DNA from: Lophium mytilinum | Lineage: Eukaryota | Reading direction: 5' to 3' | Assembly: GCA_010093605.1 (NCBI GenBank) | Contig: MU004190.1 | Coordinates: 1,372,961 to 1,436,960, forward strand | DNA: 64,000 nucleotides | Shown: piece after piece, positions 48,203 to 61,569 of the stretch | Layout of the letters: each line of letters begins with the position of its first letter | Position numbering within the stretch: position 1 is the stretch's first letter | Program-made: the position numbers and the translations under genes | Notes under the pieces: generated by a model | What the model saw: only the letters and a program-made list of their open reading frames with translations | Database searches by the model: none | Told to the model about the DNA's origin: nothing

Positions 48203-50140
48203 TCACTCATCCTTCTTCCCCTTTCCAAACCACCTTGCTTTTAACTTTTCAAACCGCGCCCTCAGCGCGCCCTTCAACCCACCAGGCTTCCACCCATCGA
48301 TTTCGTCTGCACCCACAAAGCCCCGCACGAGTAGGTTGACAATGTTCCCGAACCCGAGCGCCATGACGGTGCTCGTGAGGATGATGACATTGTATGGCAT
48401 GCTGAAGTCGGGCGTTGGGAGCGGGAGGAGCAGCGACGTGGTTCGCAAGAACACAAGAGGGGTGTTAAGATTGCCATCTGGTGGCAAAAGGCGGATGACA
48501 GCTGGCGCGACGTCGAATCCGCGATTTGCGTCCGGTGGGTATTCCGTGTAGCGCAGAATAGCCTTCTCGAAGTCGTAAGTTAGGATGAGTGATGAGTGCG
48601 CGGGGATCTCGAGGAGGAGCTCGAGATGGGTGCCACGGTGACGGTCGACGGCAGGGCGGTAGTATGTTTCTTTGATAGGATTGGTAGATGCTGGGGCGCC
48701 TGGGATGGAGGCGCGTAGAGTGTGCAGGTATGGCTTCATGAACCAGGGAAGTGATTCGAGGTAGATGAGTGAGACAGGATGATCGGATGGATTATTGAGT
48801 ACGGCTTGTACACTGCCGCGTTCTTGGCCGTGGCCATTGATAGAGCGAGCAGCAGTAAGGGGTGGTTTAGAGAGCAGGAGAGGAGCTGGGAGACTTTGTT
48901 CGGGGAGAGTTATATCGAAGTCTTCACCACCTGTAAGTCGGTTGATTAGTTGTTGTTGTTGTAGAGCGATCGCGATCCTCCACTTACTTGGAAGTTTGTA
49001 GCATCTCAATAGACCTTCGTCTCTCCGTACCTCAGCGTAGCCGCCATTGGTCTTGATGTCTACGTTACGCTCCGCGGGAACATTTAGACACACTGTCTCA
49101 CCATCTTCGCCTTCTTCGCCTGTGATAGGGCATGCTCCTTTGATGGGCCTTCCAAATATCTCAGAGAGGCTCCACGATGGCTCAGCTGTCTTGACCAATG
49201 GGAAACAGCTATCCTGTGAGTTGTAAGACTTTGAGGTATCGCATTCGATCTCTTCGATTGGAAGAGGCCGAGGAATAGGATTATCTGGTATGTTTAGCAT
49301 GGGTCTCGCTCTATGATCGCGGGGAAAGGAGTACCTCGAGGCCGTTTCGACCTGTCCAGATCCAAGACCATATCTACAGTCTGCTCCATTTCGATAACGC
49401 AATTCGAACCATCAGTATTGCAAACTGGCCTCACGTCAATTGACATAGTCTGCCATGACGCGTCGAATAGCTTGTGACCATCCAGAAGGCTTGATATCCC
49501 AGCTTTGCCTTTGCACGGAAGTAGCTTTAGGAAAGGCGTCAAGTTCTCCGTGCACACAACTTCATGCGGTAGAGTTCCGTGAAGTAGGTGAAGATTCGGC
49601 GAGGACATATTTGGATGGTTTCCTTCGGGCTCAAATGACATTACGGGTCTTATAGTCTTCGTAGAATCTATAAAGTTGAGAGAGGCGCAGAATAAGCCGG
49701 AGAGTGCATTCGTCAGGGTCAACCATCTCGCGAAGGCACTATAATCTCTTAGCTAAGTCCAATTGAATCTGGGGTATGGAATCGTACTCTGTCTCACTCT
49801 CTGCATCTACCCAAGCCCATAGCTCAACTCCTGTGCCTCCTTCCCTAGCTCCACCCCACGGTCTTGCTCCCCAGCTCTCTGCATCCCACCGCCCTAGGCT
49901 AAACCGCAAATGTAGCTCCTTCGTATTTGCATGCTGTAGTATCTGTCCCAGTGACCGGGGGAAGTATCGGAAATTCTGGCGCTCAAAAGAGCTCGACGTC
50001 TCGTTACTGCGAAAGTTGAAGGAGGCAAGGAGGGCGTTTTGTGGGAGAGGACGGAGAAGAAGGCGCTCGTGGTAGTCAGAACCAGCTCGAACAGATAAGG
50101 CTAAAAAACATAGAGAGACAGCAAGAAGAGAAGAGAGCAT
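48203..50140 (-). CDS. GPI16: GPI transamidase component Gpi16/PIG-T, multi-exon
   Basis: YFPRSLGQIL, LHLRFSLGRW, GVELWAW, LSGLFCASLNFID, EVVCTENLTPFLKLLPC, EYPPDANRGF, LPTPDFSMPYNVII. Confidence 0.96.
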
Positions 50141-50339
50141 GGCCGCCTTTCAGCCAGAGCAACGTTCACGATAGTTTCATTGGTGTTGAGGCAGCCGACG
50201 CGGAGGACGGAAGGAGCCGCCGATCGCGCCAAGACATGTCAATTTGAAGCGCGACTTTCACGATCAATCTTCAACCCCAACGTCCATACCTCAACCACCA
50301 ATATCACCTTCAGTTTGACGTCGCGGAAGCTCACTCAAC

Positions 50340-51339
50340 ATGGCGGCAGAACAGAGGAAGCTGCTCGGTAAGCCTTTCGCCCTCGAATTATGCAATACAC
50401 AGCTAACGACTTCTAGAGCAGCTCATGGGCGACACCCTCTTGCTAGGCCCAGGCACGCGCGCACCCCAAATCTCCATCACCGACCCCAAAGTCTGCCCCT
50501 CCTACCTCGTAGGCACCTGTCCGCACGACCTCTTCACGAACACGAAACAGGACTTCGGACTCTGTCCAAAAGTCCATAATGAGGGCCTCAAGACCGAGTA
50601 CGAGGCTGCCTCCGATGAGCAGAAGCGCCAATGGGGCTTCGATTTCGACTACATGAGGGACATGCAGAAATATGTGGATGAGTGCAATAGGCGCATTGAC
50701 TCTGCGCAGAGGAGGCTAGAAAAGACGCCGGATGAGATTCGGCAGACAAATGCGCTGGTATGCGCCTCCTTATTCTATTTGCCCGGCGCATCGCTAACGT
50801 AGGCATATTGGTAGCTCAAACAAATCAACGACCTCTCCAAGACTATCCAAAACGGCCTCCTCGAAGTCGCTATCCTAGGCGAGGAAGGCCAAGTCAACAT
50901 CGCCGTCACCGAGTTCTTCAAGATCAGGCAGGCGAAGCAAACGAAGGAGGATCGCGAGAAGGAACTCAAGGCACTTTCGGATACTTCTGGTCCATCTGGT
51001 CACCAGAAACTCCAAGTATGCGATGTCTGCGGCGCATATCTCAGCAGACTCGACAATGATAGGCGACTAGCGGATCACTTCTACGGGAAGATGCATTTGG
51101 GATACGCGCAGATGCGGAAGACGTACGAGCAGCTGCGGAAAGAGCTGAAGGGAAAGCAGCCCCCACATCGACCACCTCCGGAGGACGCGGCTCCGCCTAG
51201 AGGAGGAGGGGGCTATGACGAGGGAGGTTTTGGCGATCGGGGCGGGTATGGAGGACGAGGATTCCGTGGCGGAGGTGGCTTTGGTGGTCGCGGGGGGTTC
51301 AGAGGGAGGGGAAGTTTTGGTGGTGGGCAGCGGTGGTAA
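50340..51339 (+). CDS. LUC7: U1 snRNP protein Luc7, 3 exons, RGG tail
   Basis: MAAEQRKLL|EQLMG, VCPSYLVGTCPHDLFTNTK, HQKLQVCDVCGAYLSRLDNDRRLADHFYGKMHLGY. Confidence 0.96.
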
Positions 51340-52129
51340 AAGAGCCCTCAAGACCACACTTGTGCATATGAGCGAGGCGTTTTATTGGATTGGGGTTCAA
51401 AATTTGGCCGGCAGGAAACGGAGTCTCGGTAGGTTCTTTACAGTCCTTAACTTATCAAGCTCATGTGTAAAACTTCATTAGATTGCCGGTATGAGGATCT
51501 ACCAGTACATTGACGCCAGAAGCGTTATCCGCGAATGCAACCAGAACGCCTCGTCATTGGTCTGTGTACACTTTCTTGAGACTTTGTTATGGTGCGTCAA
51601 GGTTGTTCCAAACCCCCGAGCAAGCGTAAAAGCGCAAAAGAGGCCATTTTGGACAATTGCTAACTCGCTGGGCCACTAAAGGCAGCGACAGACGGGTGTG
51701 TACACACTACCAATCCTATCGATACGTTGAAGGAGTATGACTAGATTAGAATCGAACCTATGGTAGAGAAGTGTACGCATATGCCGTTCTTGGTTCTTCA
51801 TACAGTCTGAAGCAGTCATTTCACAGGCTACTCCGTTCTGTCTCTCAATTCAATTTGCAAAGCCTTTCCTCTTCAATGTACCGTTATACGTTTGTATTAC
51901 CGCTTTCTACGTTTCATGGCTGCGTCACAATTCTAGCGCCGTTAACTTCGACACGAGTCACAATTCTTCAATTCAAGGCCTTATACTCGGTTTATTCAAC
52001 ATCTATCTTTGTACTATATACATATTCTATCTAGCGTATATCCACTTCCACATCCGCCTCTCCCCACCGGCCTCCTCATATCCTCACTTCCGCCCTCCCC
52101 ACTACCCATCCGATCTCCTGCAGCAGACC

Positions 52130-52589
52130 CCTAGGGTCCTATATACCCGCATTCAGGACTCGTATCTTTTGTAAATTGAGGCTCGAAGGGCCAAGTAAAA
52201 GTCACGGTGGGGGGCCCAGGTGCCCTTTAAGTAAAGGGCTCGGTGCCCGGCTCGTGGTAAGTAAATGGCACCTCCCATTTGAAAGTTGGGCCATCTTTAG
52301 GCTTCTTGGGCTTCTTCTCGTGCGCGCGTGCGGTTGTCGGAGCGTCCTTGTGGCGTTACTCGAGGGCGGCCGGGGTCATGGTCGTAAAGGTGGTGGGCTC
52401 TGGAATAAGGAGAGGAACTAGCTGGCGTGCTTCGATGGCGATGGTAGGGGCTATTATGCCGGTGGAGGGGGCGCTCGCGTTTGTCGTGACCATTAGGGCG
52501 GGCGTTGGGGTTGAGATTGGGAGGACGTGGCCGGTACTGAAGTTAAAAGTGGCGGCGGCGGTGAGGCCAAGATATGAGAGCTTGACCAT
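52130..52589 (-). pseudogene. Small secreted Pro/Thr-rich protein, apparently disrupted
   Basis: Signal-like MVKLSYLGLTAAA, upstream TATAAA; coding-like sequence continues in another frame (KKPKKPKDGPTFKWEVPFTY..PFT*RAPGPPTVTFTWPF) with stops. Confidence 0.45.
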
Positions 52590-52750
52590 CTTGGTGGAGG
52601 GTTGAAGGATGTTGGGTGAGTTGGTGCAATTTGAGATGAGATGAGGAGAACCTTGTGGGTGGGCGCTATTTATACGTTTTTCGCAGGAAGAAAACTAGAA
52701 GACCGTGGCTACAGATTTTTTTTTCCTTGGAAGCGAAACAATGAGAATGA

Positions 52751-54468
52751 TTAGATAGATATAGAGCCATGGGGGCGAGAGGTGTCTTCCATGGTTGACT
52801 CTAAGCGAACACCCTCCTCGATCTCAATTGCGTACTCCGTCGTCTTCGCCACACCACCGCTTTTCACGATTCTTTGCACGCTATCGCTTCGCTGCGCATC
52901 TCCCTCGCCCTGCCCCAGCTCCAGCTCCCCATCAGCCTTCTTCCCCACCTTCCTTTTGATGCCCTTTTTCTCCCGTCCCTGATCACCACGCTGCTGCCCC
53001 CTCGCCCTCACCCTCCTCCCTGTTTGCCGGCCCCAGCCCACATAGCTCGGTACTCTCCCAAACTCCCCTTCTTCGTCGTCAAGCTTCGCCGGACCCCCTC
53101 TGCCTTCTCCTGTAACCCCCAGCTCTCCCTCTCCATCTAACTGCTGATGCGTTCCTGCATTCAACGAGCGCAACGAGAACAGCGAGAAGTTCTCGATCTG
53201 CTTATCGCGAAAACGCTTAGAGGGGTTCGAGGATGGCGAAGAGGAGGCGGGTGTGCGGCCGGAGGAGGGTGCGAAGTGCGTTGGGAAGACAGTGTTCAAG
53301 AGCGGCTTTAGGGTGGGCAGGCAGGCGCATATTATACCAGTGTTTATTTCGACCTCGCTATTCAGGAAGTCAGTCATGATGAGGTTGAGCATGAGAATGA
53401 GAAAAATAGGTACGTACGCCCATCCTGCGACTTGGACCTTGTAACGCGTGAAGTCTATGCTATGAAGAGATGGGAGCATTGTCACGAGACGGACAATGGA
53501 GATAATGCACGCGCTTGAAGAGTTAGTTTGGCTAGTGATGCAGCGGTGTAATCAGTACTCACAACGAACCCACCCCAAACAGCCCCAATAACAACCACCG
53601 CTGCCTCCTGCTTACATTCAATCTCAAACACATCCTCACCGGCAACCCCAGCGTCGCGAAATCCGTAACTATATTACACGCCGCCGCGACATAATAGTAC
53701 GCTTTCTTATTCACGCACTTGCTTTTAATCAGCAAGTCCCAGCCGCCTGCGATGGGCGTGCACCCAAATGTCGCGACGATGATGCTAACGAAGGAGTAGA
53801 CCACGTCGAAAGACATGATGGCGAAGGCGACGCGGCGGAACGTCTTGTCTGGGTTTAGGCGGAGGTAGAAGAGGAGAATGGAGACTTTGACGAAGCAGGT
53901 GCCGACGAAGTAGAAGTCTTGGCCGAGGAGGTCGATCTGGGGATGTTAGTAGCCATTTATTGGACTTGTGAATAGCCACGTACTATGAGGAAGGGTTTGA
54001 TTTTAGGTATGTAGAGGTCCCAGAGGTGGATCCCGTAGCCGTAGGGGATATCTATGAGGTGTGATTAGAGGTAGCTAGGAGATAGCTGGAGGAGAGTACC
54101 TACTCGCAATTCCAAGAGCACAGAATATCCATGATATCAGCTATGCGACCTTCATTAGCCATCGCAACTCGAGAGCAGGCAGAGTTGGGTAGTGGTACCA
54201 GGCCAATCACGATCGTCACTAGACGAAAATTAGTGGATAAGCTATGAAACTCATTTTATTAGCAGAGGAGCTTACAATCATCGAGTCCAGGCGAGCGCAC
54301 AATCATTATCCGAGTGTACATTCGCAATAAAACAACTACTGTTGCGGTGCACGTGAACGGGAGGCTGAGGGCGATCACTTGGTATGCGATCGAATCGGGG
54401 TGCTCGAATTCGGCCGTTACGCCTTGAGGAGGCGTCGTGGCCGGCGTGTGTGAGATATCGACCGCCAT
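52751..54468 (-). CDS. PTH11-like rhodopsin-domain integral membrane protein (no CFEM), multi-exon
   Basis: VVLLRMYTR..GLDD, YGYGIHLWD, FVKVSILLFYLRL, GCTPIAGGWD..C, NIVTDFATLGLP, EINTGIICACLPTLKPLL. Confidence 0.88.
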
Positions 54469-55830
54469 CGTAAATTGAAGCACAATCAAACGGCGAAGTG
54501 GCTTCAAGAAGATGGCATGAGCAGAGAGAAAACAGGGCGAACGGAGAAGAGCAGAGTCAGACAAGATAGCTTCGTCACCTTATGCTCATTGAGGTGTTGC
54601 GCAGCATGGTAATGAGACAGAGTACAGAGTCGACGACTAGAGGTACAGATCGCAAGGGTGCAGCGTCAGTACAAGGTGCGGTGCGTTCTGGTGTTTGAGG
54701 GACACTGCCGCGAGCCGACAGCCAGCTTTACTTCCATTCTGTCTACTATGTACAGGAACGCAGATCCGCTCCCTGCTTGTGTGGGGTGCCAGAAGATTGG
54801 TAGAGATTGTTTGGTAAGAGCCGGGGATGGCGAAATGGGGTTAGAGATGCAAGTCCTCACTCCCGAAGCACGACGCTGCCGCGGGAAAAAAGCCAAGCTC
54901 GGAGATGGTCATGATGGATCGTTTTCAAGAGCTTGGGGCTTTCTTGAATGCTTATTACCTATAGCAGGAACATGGACCCTCCAGTGGGAATACTACTTAT
55001 CCGCAGCGGGACGACCCGTAGCTTCGCGGGCCGTCGATACTCAAAACAACAAGGACCCCTGGGCAAACCCGATCATCATTTGACATCTGGCGGTGAGGAA
55101 TAGGCTTACCAAGTAGGTAGTGACATCAAACAGGGTAATCTAACTGGTTAATAGAGGCTAAGACTTTGACTTTAAGAGGATTTCGTCCCACTTCCTGATC
55201 GCGGCCTGTGCCCGACCCGAAAAGGAGAGATCGGGGTGTTCCGATTGTTAGGAATCCAGAGTTTATCGTAGTGCAACGTGATCGTACCAAATCTGACGGA
55301 TACACAAGTGGCCTCCGGTGTAACGAATGATGCAGTGGCAGGGGTTAAAGCCGATCGTTACGCAGCTTCTAGTAAAGGTATTACGCCAAGGAATTGAATG
55401 CGTGTCAGTACCGAAGCACGTCGTAGAAGTGATACTCAGAGGAATGTCGTGAAAGAAGTTCCCAAGAACGACGCCCGCCCTCTTGAAGTTACCAGGAATA
55501 ATGATAGCGGCCATTTCAGCCGCTCGCGTAGAGTTTTGACGTCAAGATCGCCGCGGTTGACAGCGGGTGAGGTCCCGCTCAAGATAAGTAAGTAAAGTGA
55601 CTGCACCCGATTTGGCGGCCCGCAGCTCGGCCATCTCCATGGTGTCGGAGTACAGCACGATAATTAATCCTAGCGCCGGAACCTTGCAAAGGATCAAGTG
55701 CGACAACAGCTGGCCGTTCACCTCCCTCCTCCCACCTACCACCGTGTGACTTGTTGCATGGAATCCCAAGGAGCTGGTTGACACTCACACAATCAATCAA
55801 TTTCGATCAATCGATCCCCACAAAGCAAAG

Positions 55831-57343
55831 ATGAACACAACCGAAGCGGTCGCCGCACAGAATGCGGCCATCCAAACAGCGTTGGAGGGGGTTAGCTCCC
55901 TCGCAGATTCGTACAAGGATATATCAACGAAGAACGTGGGCAAGCATGGCTTGAAGGATGTCGGCGAAGTTTCCGAAGCACGAAATGCTCTCGTCATGGA
56001 GACTTGGAAGTTGTTGGGAGCTGTTCGAGGGCCAGTTGATGCGCTCTTTGAGCATTTCGAGAACGTAATGCATCCAAACGCTACCAGGTCATTTTAACAT
56101 TACCGGAGAACGGGTGCTAATGAAGGGATACACTAGATGTCGCATACTGCCGCGTGCCGGTCACTCCTCGAGATGGGCGTCTTCGATAAGCTTCCTCTGG
56201 ACGGTTCGAGTATCACAGGCACCGAGCTGGCGGATAGTCTAGGTGTCGACAAGCTATTGCTGGGTAAGTGGATGACGATGCTTCCTTCAGATTAGGTTAA
56301 GACTGACGATCGGCGTAGTGCGGCTCATGAGAATGGCCACCGTGAAGGGGCCAATTGCTGAAGTTGGCCCGGAGAGTTACGCTCATACGCCCTACTCTCA
56401 GGTGTACATCGTTCCTGCATTACGCGGGCTGATGAAGCTGATGTGAGTGGTCGACTCGAGCGATCTTGCATCACCACGACCCAGGTATTCGGTAAACTGA
56501 CTTGTACGATTTCATAGGCTGGATGAGTATTGGCCTCCAATGGCGAGGATGTCCGAGTTCCTGAAAGAGAATGACTGGAAGAACCCGGAGTCGGAGACCA
56601 ACAACCCCTACACGTTCGCGCACCAAACTGGCGGGAGGTCGATGTGGGCGCACATGGGTCAGTACCCAGATCGAATCCAGGCATTCAATTCTGCCATGCA
56701 GGCACAGACTCAGGCAGCCATGCCGACGGTGGCCATCTTCCCCTTTGAGGCAGAGCTTAGCAAGTTCGAGACCCAGGACTGTACGCCGCTGGTAGTGGAC
56801 GTTGGCGGAGGACTGGGCCATACCACCCTCCGTATCAAAGAGCTGTGCGGAAACATCAAGGGACGAGTGATTCTTCAAGATCGTTCTGCTGTCATCGATG
56901 ATATCAGCGAGCCCTTGCTTGGTGTGGAGAAGATGAAATACGACTTCTTCACGGCACAGCCAGTCAAAGGTGAGCTAGGACGCGAGATCTCCAATGGCCG
57001 GTTTACTAATAACTATCAACTCACAGGAGCTCTCATATACTACATCCGCCGCTGTCTACATGACTGGTCAGATAGAGATTGCGTCCGCATTCTCAAGGTG
57101 ATCGCACGTGCCATGGAGCCTGGAAAGTCAAGGCTGTTGATCGCTGAGATATGTCTCCCGGAAGAGAAAGCTGACATGGAAGCTGTCTTGTACGACATGA
57201 CAATGATGACTCTCAATGGAAGGGAGCGAACCAAGAGCGACTGGATGAAGATCCTTGATGGCGCGGAATTCGACCTGAAGACGGTCACGGTGCACACCAC
57301 GGCAGGATCGAATTACGGCGTTGTCGAGGCCTACTTGAAGTAG
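55831..57343 (+). CDS. SAM-dependent O-methyltransferase (Methyltransf_2, fungal secondary-metabolism type), multi-exon
   Basis: LVVDVGGGLGH, VILQD, YDFFTAQPVKG|ALIYYIRRCLHDWSD, GRERT. Confidence 0.92.
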
Positions 57344-58151
57344 TAACCTCTCCTTCTTCCACGATCTGTCAGTAGGTGCGAAAGGTACATAGATGAGACG
57401 GTGGTGGTGTAAGGTTGTCAGATTGGGGAAGTGAAGTTGAGAAAGCTCGGGCCGGAGTTTCCTCGGATTAAATCTTGGAACCCTCTTTCAACTTCAACCC
57501 TTTTTCATCCACTTTCCTTCCATCATCGCCTCATCAACTATCGCCTCATCAACATTGCCGGCGGGGCAAAAATGAATGGAGAGATCTGTCGATGGGAGGG
57601 ATATTTGGTGCCAGTGCGGACTGTCTGGTTCGCTGGTATCATGGCTTTTATCAAAGTGTGTGTCACAAATAATTCTCGAATCTCCTTCAAACCAATTCCG
57701 TTCTATACAGAACTAAGCTTGGGCATACCTTTTGAGACCAAACTTTTTGTGAACTGTAGCATGTCAGTGCATCTTTCAAAGGCATGTTAGACACCAGGCT
57801 TTCCTTTTTCTTTGTCGGTGTCTAAACGCCCAGTACATCCATCGCTCTACAGATAGTGCAAACATCTCATTCACTGTGAGCCCCATCAGTGTAACTCAAT
57901 GACTTCGTTCTAGTAGAGGCGTCTCAGGAAAAGATGTCGTGAATACTTCGACGCATTCATTCACCCTGAAACTATCAGCGGAGCCCTCAAGTGCGTATTC
58001 AAGCCGCTCTATTTCCCACATGCACTCCCTCCATCAACAACATCACACACCACAACCTCAACACCACCGAAACCGCAACACCAGGCTACCGAAGGTCCTA
58101 TCTAGCACATCGAACCCATCAACAACCAAGATCAGTGGTATTATACCGAAC

Positions 58152-59180
58152 ATGGCCAAGAAAAAGACCTCGTCGACCTCCACCAACACCCCTACCACCA
58201 TGTCAGCCCGCAAGCGGCGCAGCAGTACATCCACAGTGGCGGCAGACTCCCCCACGCCTGCGACGAATAGTGGTTCAGGTCGCTCTCGCAAGGGATCCAT
58301 CTTCTCTTCTGGCGCCAGTCACTCCTTGTCCACCATCGCATCGTTCAATACTCCACGAGTAGAAGGCCCCATTATCCCTGTGGATAGCCAAGACAGCCAC
58401 ATCACCCGATCTGGAACAGCATACACTCATGGAGCTCGTGTCAGGAGCTCTTCAGTCGCCACTACTCCACTCGGAAGTTCTCCCATCATCGACAAGGAGT
58501 CTCTCGGGGCTTCGAATGAGCTCCGTTTCGACATCCCGTCCGGCTTGGAGCGTGAGCGTCAGGATGTTAGCTTTGAGCTTAAGCGTCAGGAACTCCAGAC
58601 TCCGTGGCATAGTCCAGGTATAGTAGAAACTCTTCATCTAATTAACCTCGGCAACTCAACTGACTGTGTTATCCTCCCAGACCACAGCCGAGTTCGCAAG
58701 ACGAACGCCAACACGAGTGCCAACATACAGACCCCTAGCAATTCTGCTGCATATTCGAATACCGCAACGAACGGCATGTTGTCAGTGGCCAGTACACCCA
58801 TCGCTGTTGCGAACGCCACAACGAACGGAGATGTGCCCGGACCCAGCGCTGCCCCCAAATGGAGATTGAGAGCTGCTGTGCGCGAAGCACTCCACGAGGC
58901 TCCTAGGAATCCTTTCGTCCCTATTGCGCTAGTTCTAAGCTTCTTTGCCCTTCTACTCATCCTCTGGGCCGGGCTTTGGTCCATCGTCTGGACCGTGTTC
59001 ACTATCTGTGACATGCTTGACTTCGGCTTTCCGAAGAAAATCATAGGGAGGCTAGGAGACTCCATCATGAGGCTGAGCTATGCTTACTACCACGGTTCTG
59101 ACGGCCATGATCAGATCATTCCGAAGATGCATGCTGACAAGTATCCCACGAAGGAGGGCTCTTGGAGCTGGACCTCTTAA
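58152..59180 (+). CDS. Hypothetical protein: Ser/Thr-rich basic N-terminus and C-terminal TM segment
   Basis: Long ORF from MAKKKTSS; hydrophobic FVPIALVLSFFALLLILWAGLWSIVWTVF. Confidence 0.65.
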   Translation: MAKKKTSSTSTNTPTTMSARKRRSSTSTVAADSPTPATNSGSGRSRKGSIFSSGASHSLSTIASFNTPRVEGPIIPVDSQDSHITRSGTAYTHGARVRSSSVATTPLGSSPIIDKESLGASNELRFDIPSGLERERQDVSFELKRQELQTPWHSPGIVETLHLINLGNSTDCVILPDHSRVRKTNANTSANIQTPSNSAAYSNTATNGMLSVASTPIAVANATTNGDVPGPSAAPKWRLRAAVREALHEAPRNPFVPIALVLSFFALLLILWAGLWSIVWTVFTICDMLDFGFPKKIIGRLGDSIMRLSYAYYHGSDGHDQIIPKMHADKYPTKEGSWSWTS

Positions 59181-59872
59181 GCGGACACGGGAGCTCTGGC
59201 TGCTGTATGAGTCTTGTGGTGCCAAGGAATGTTACGGTAGCAGATGGGAAGGTTAGTGTTTCATGATATCGGGGTTTTGCTTTTCAAGGGCGGCGTCAAT
59301 ACAGTTCTAGACAATCAGCCAGGAGCCATGATCTTGCTATAGGACTGTACTACCAGGGGCTTAGCATTCAGAGTGTTGCCCAACTAGTATGCATATTTCA
59401 TCTTGGGTCACTCGGCGTGGGACCTTTCCTGGCGTGCTGCTTCTGTAGACAAAGAAGGCTTACAATGCTGCTCAGCAGGAACACTTTCTATCAGATTAAT
59501 TTGTGACAAAGCTCAGGTATCTTCATTGATCTGGTTCAAGGTGTGGTTGTTTGCGTTGAATGAAAGAGGTACGTGCTGAGATTAACAAACACCCTCTTTC
59601 TACCATCTTCTAGTACATCAGTCTCCTTCATTAAACACGGCTTCTCGTCTTCACCCCGTTACCTCTTCTTCATAACTTGAACCCGTGCAACCTCAATAGC
59701 AACTGCTCAACGTTTTTTGAAAGGCATATTGAAGGATCAAGACGAACGCTCGACAACTTCTTGCTTTGGGATAGGATGGTATTGAGACTACCCCAGTACC
59801 TCCAACAGAGTCAAAAGCCAGTTCAACAGCCAGCCATCCTCTGACAGATACTAATGTTGCAAGTCGATCATC

Positions 59873-60277
59873 ATGCCCACCTCCGCAAACTCCACAGCGA
59901 TCTCCACTCGGCCATCTATACCCTTCCTTGTCCAAGTTCAACATTACATTGCCACCCACGCCTTGCTATTGCTCGCGGTTGCCTATATCCTCGGCCGCTA
60001 CAACGCCGTGACCCATCTCTTTCGCGCCGCCTATCGAACTCTCAAGTTCGTCCTTATCTCCATCGACCGACGACCTCTGCTCCTTGGGCTCACTCCGGTA
60101 GTGATCATCTGGCTCTACTTCAATCTGCAAGATCGGGATTGCGTGCCCTTGTGGCGAAGCGATAGAGCATGGCTGACAGAGGTGCGACACGCTCTTTGGA
60201 TAATGAGGGAGTGCTTTTATGGAGGGTGGGCGTGCGAGAGGAAGCGCTACAGGGAAGAGTGTGGTTGGTTGGGGTAG
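59873..60277 (+). CDS. Small hypothetical membrane protein
   Basis: 134-aa ORF with two hydrophobic stretches. Confidence 0.5.
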   Translation: MPTSANSTAISTRPSIPFLVQVQHYIATHALLLLAVAYILGRYNAVTHLFRAAYRTLKFVLISIDRRPLLLGLTPVVIIWLYFNLQDRDCVPLWRSDRAWLTEVRHALWIMRECFYGGWACERKRYREECGWLG

Positions 60278-60441
60278 TGAGTGGTAGAAGGCAATTTTGG
60301 GAGTGGAGGGCCGGCGGATGGGTTTCGGAGTGATTCGATGCGGGTTATCATGATGGTACGAGAGAAATAAATAGTCGAGACGTCGGTAGCGATCTGAATT
60401 TGCAGTCTAGAACCCTAGGCGTAAGGTCAAGCTTATCGTGG

Positions 60442-61569
60442 TTAGTGTATTGATTGAAACAGAATCAAAGATATCTTACGATTTGTCGATCTGACGTGTC
60501 TCCAGGACCCGCGCGCGAACGCAGTGCCAGGCCATTCAGCTTCGGTGCAGACGACTTCCAGCCATTCTTCGTCCGTCGGCGCCGAGGCTGTGAAGAACTG
60601 TCCGACCTCCAGAAAAACGGTTTCGTGTTTTATGTTCGGGTAGTAAGTCCTATTTATAATGAAGGCGCAATCGCACTCCGAGGCTACGCAGGACACAAAC
60701 ACTCCTGTCTGGAAATTTTGCTGGGAGCGCATATGTCCAGGACAGTGAAACGGATTATGGCCTTCAGTAGGATACCACCTCTCGGTGCCGCGTGCATGGG
60801 CGGTGTTCCAAGTGTCCCATGACGAGCTCCAAGGCCTGTCGTATCGAGTGCGGTCCCGTTCCAGGAGTGCTTGTAAATCCTGTAAGACAGCGACGTCGCT
60901 AGTTCTAGTCCGTGCGTGCGAGCAAAGCGGCACATCCAACCATCTCAGAGCTGCTATGAGCCTTGATATGAAACCAGGAATGACAGGATCAAGAGAGTCA
61001 TACATAAGCAGAAACGACTGACGGTGACAGTAATCCTTTCGATCGCCTAAAGGGTCACCCCAGAGGAAGCACTGCTCATTTTCTGGGCAAGACGAATCAG
61101 GGTGATCCTCATGATGACAAGATATGAAATCGTATTTTGTGACGGCTGCGTTTAGCTCCGCGAGTGTAAAGCTCTGGTGTTCACACAAGCGGAACTTCTT
61201 CTCCATCCCAAGACAGCGGCGTTCAAGGGGGACAGATGCTCGTTGTTGTGGCGAAAACACTTTGGCCGAGTGTCGATTTCCACACGCGCTACACCATATC
61301 CGATGGGAGGCCAGAGATATTCGGCTCTCTGGTGTCGATGGCAGAAGCTTTCTCTCCAATCTCGATATCTCTGGGTCAAACTCGTTCAAGGGGAAGAAAG
61401 CCAAAGGAAAATCTCGTCGTAGCTTCCTGCATGTCTGTACAACCGCGAGTGCAGAGACCGGCGAAAGATGGCCGCCGATCATGCAGAGGGCTTCAACGGG
61501 TAGTTGGAGAATATGGCTCCGGGTTGCGTTGTGACGGCTCGCGAGTTCTCGTCTCGGGTTAGTATCCAT
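60442..61569 (-). CDS. F-box domain protein with Cys/His-rich C-terminal region
   Basis: ILQLPVEALCMIGGHLSPVSALAVVQTCRKLR; WCSACGNRH..FS..RRCLG..LCEH; PLCSH. Confidence 0.75.
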   Translation of the reverse strand: MDTNPRRELASRHNATRSHILQLPVEALCMIGGHLSPVSALAVVQTCRKLRRDFPLAFFPLNEFDPEISRLERKLLPSTPESRISLASHRIWCSACGNRHSAKVFSPQQRASVPLERRCLGMEKKFRLCEHQSFTLAELNAAVTKYDFISCHHEDHPDSSCPENEQCFLWGDPLGDRKDYCHRQSFLLMYDSLDPVIPGFISRLIAALRWLDVPLCSHARTRTSDVAVLQDLQALLERDRTRYDRPWSSSWDTWNTAHARGTERWYPTEGHNPFHCPGHMRSQQNFQTGVFVSCVASECDCAFIINRTYYPNIKHETVFLEVGQFFTASAPTDEEWLEVVCTEAEWPGTAFARGSWRHVRSTNRKISLILFQSIH

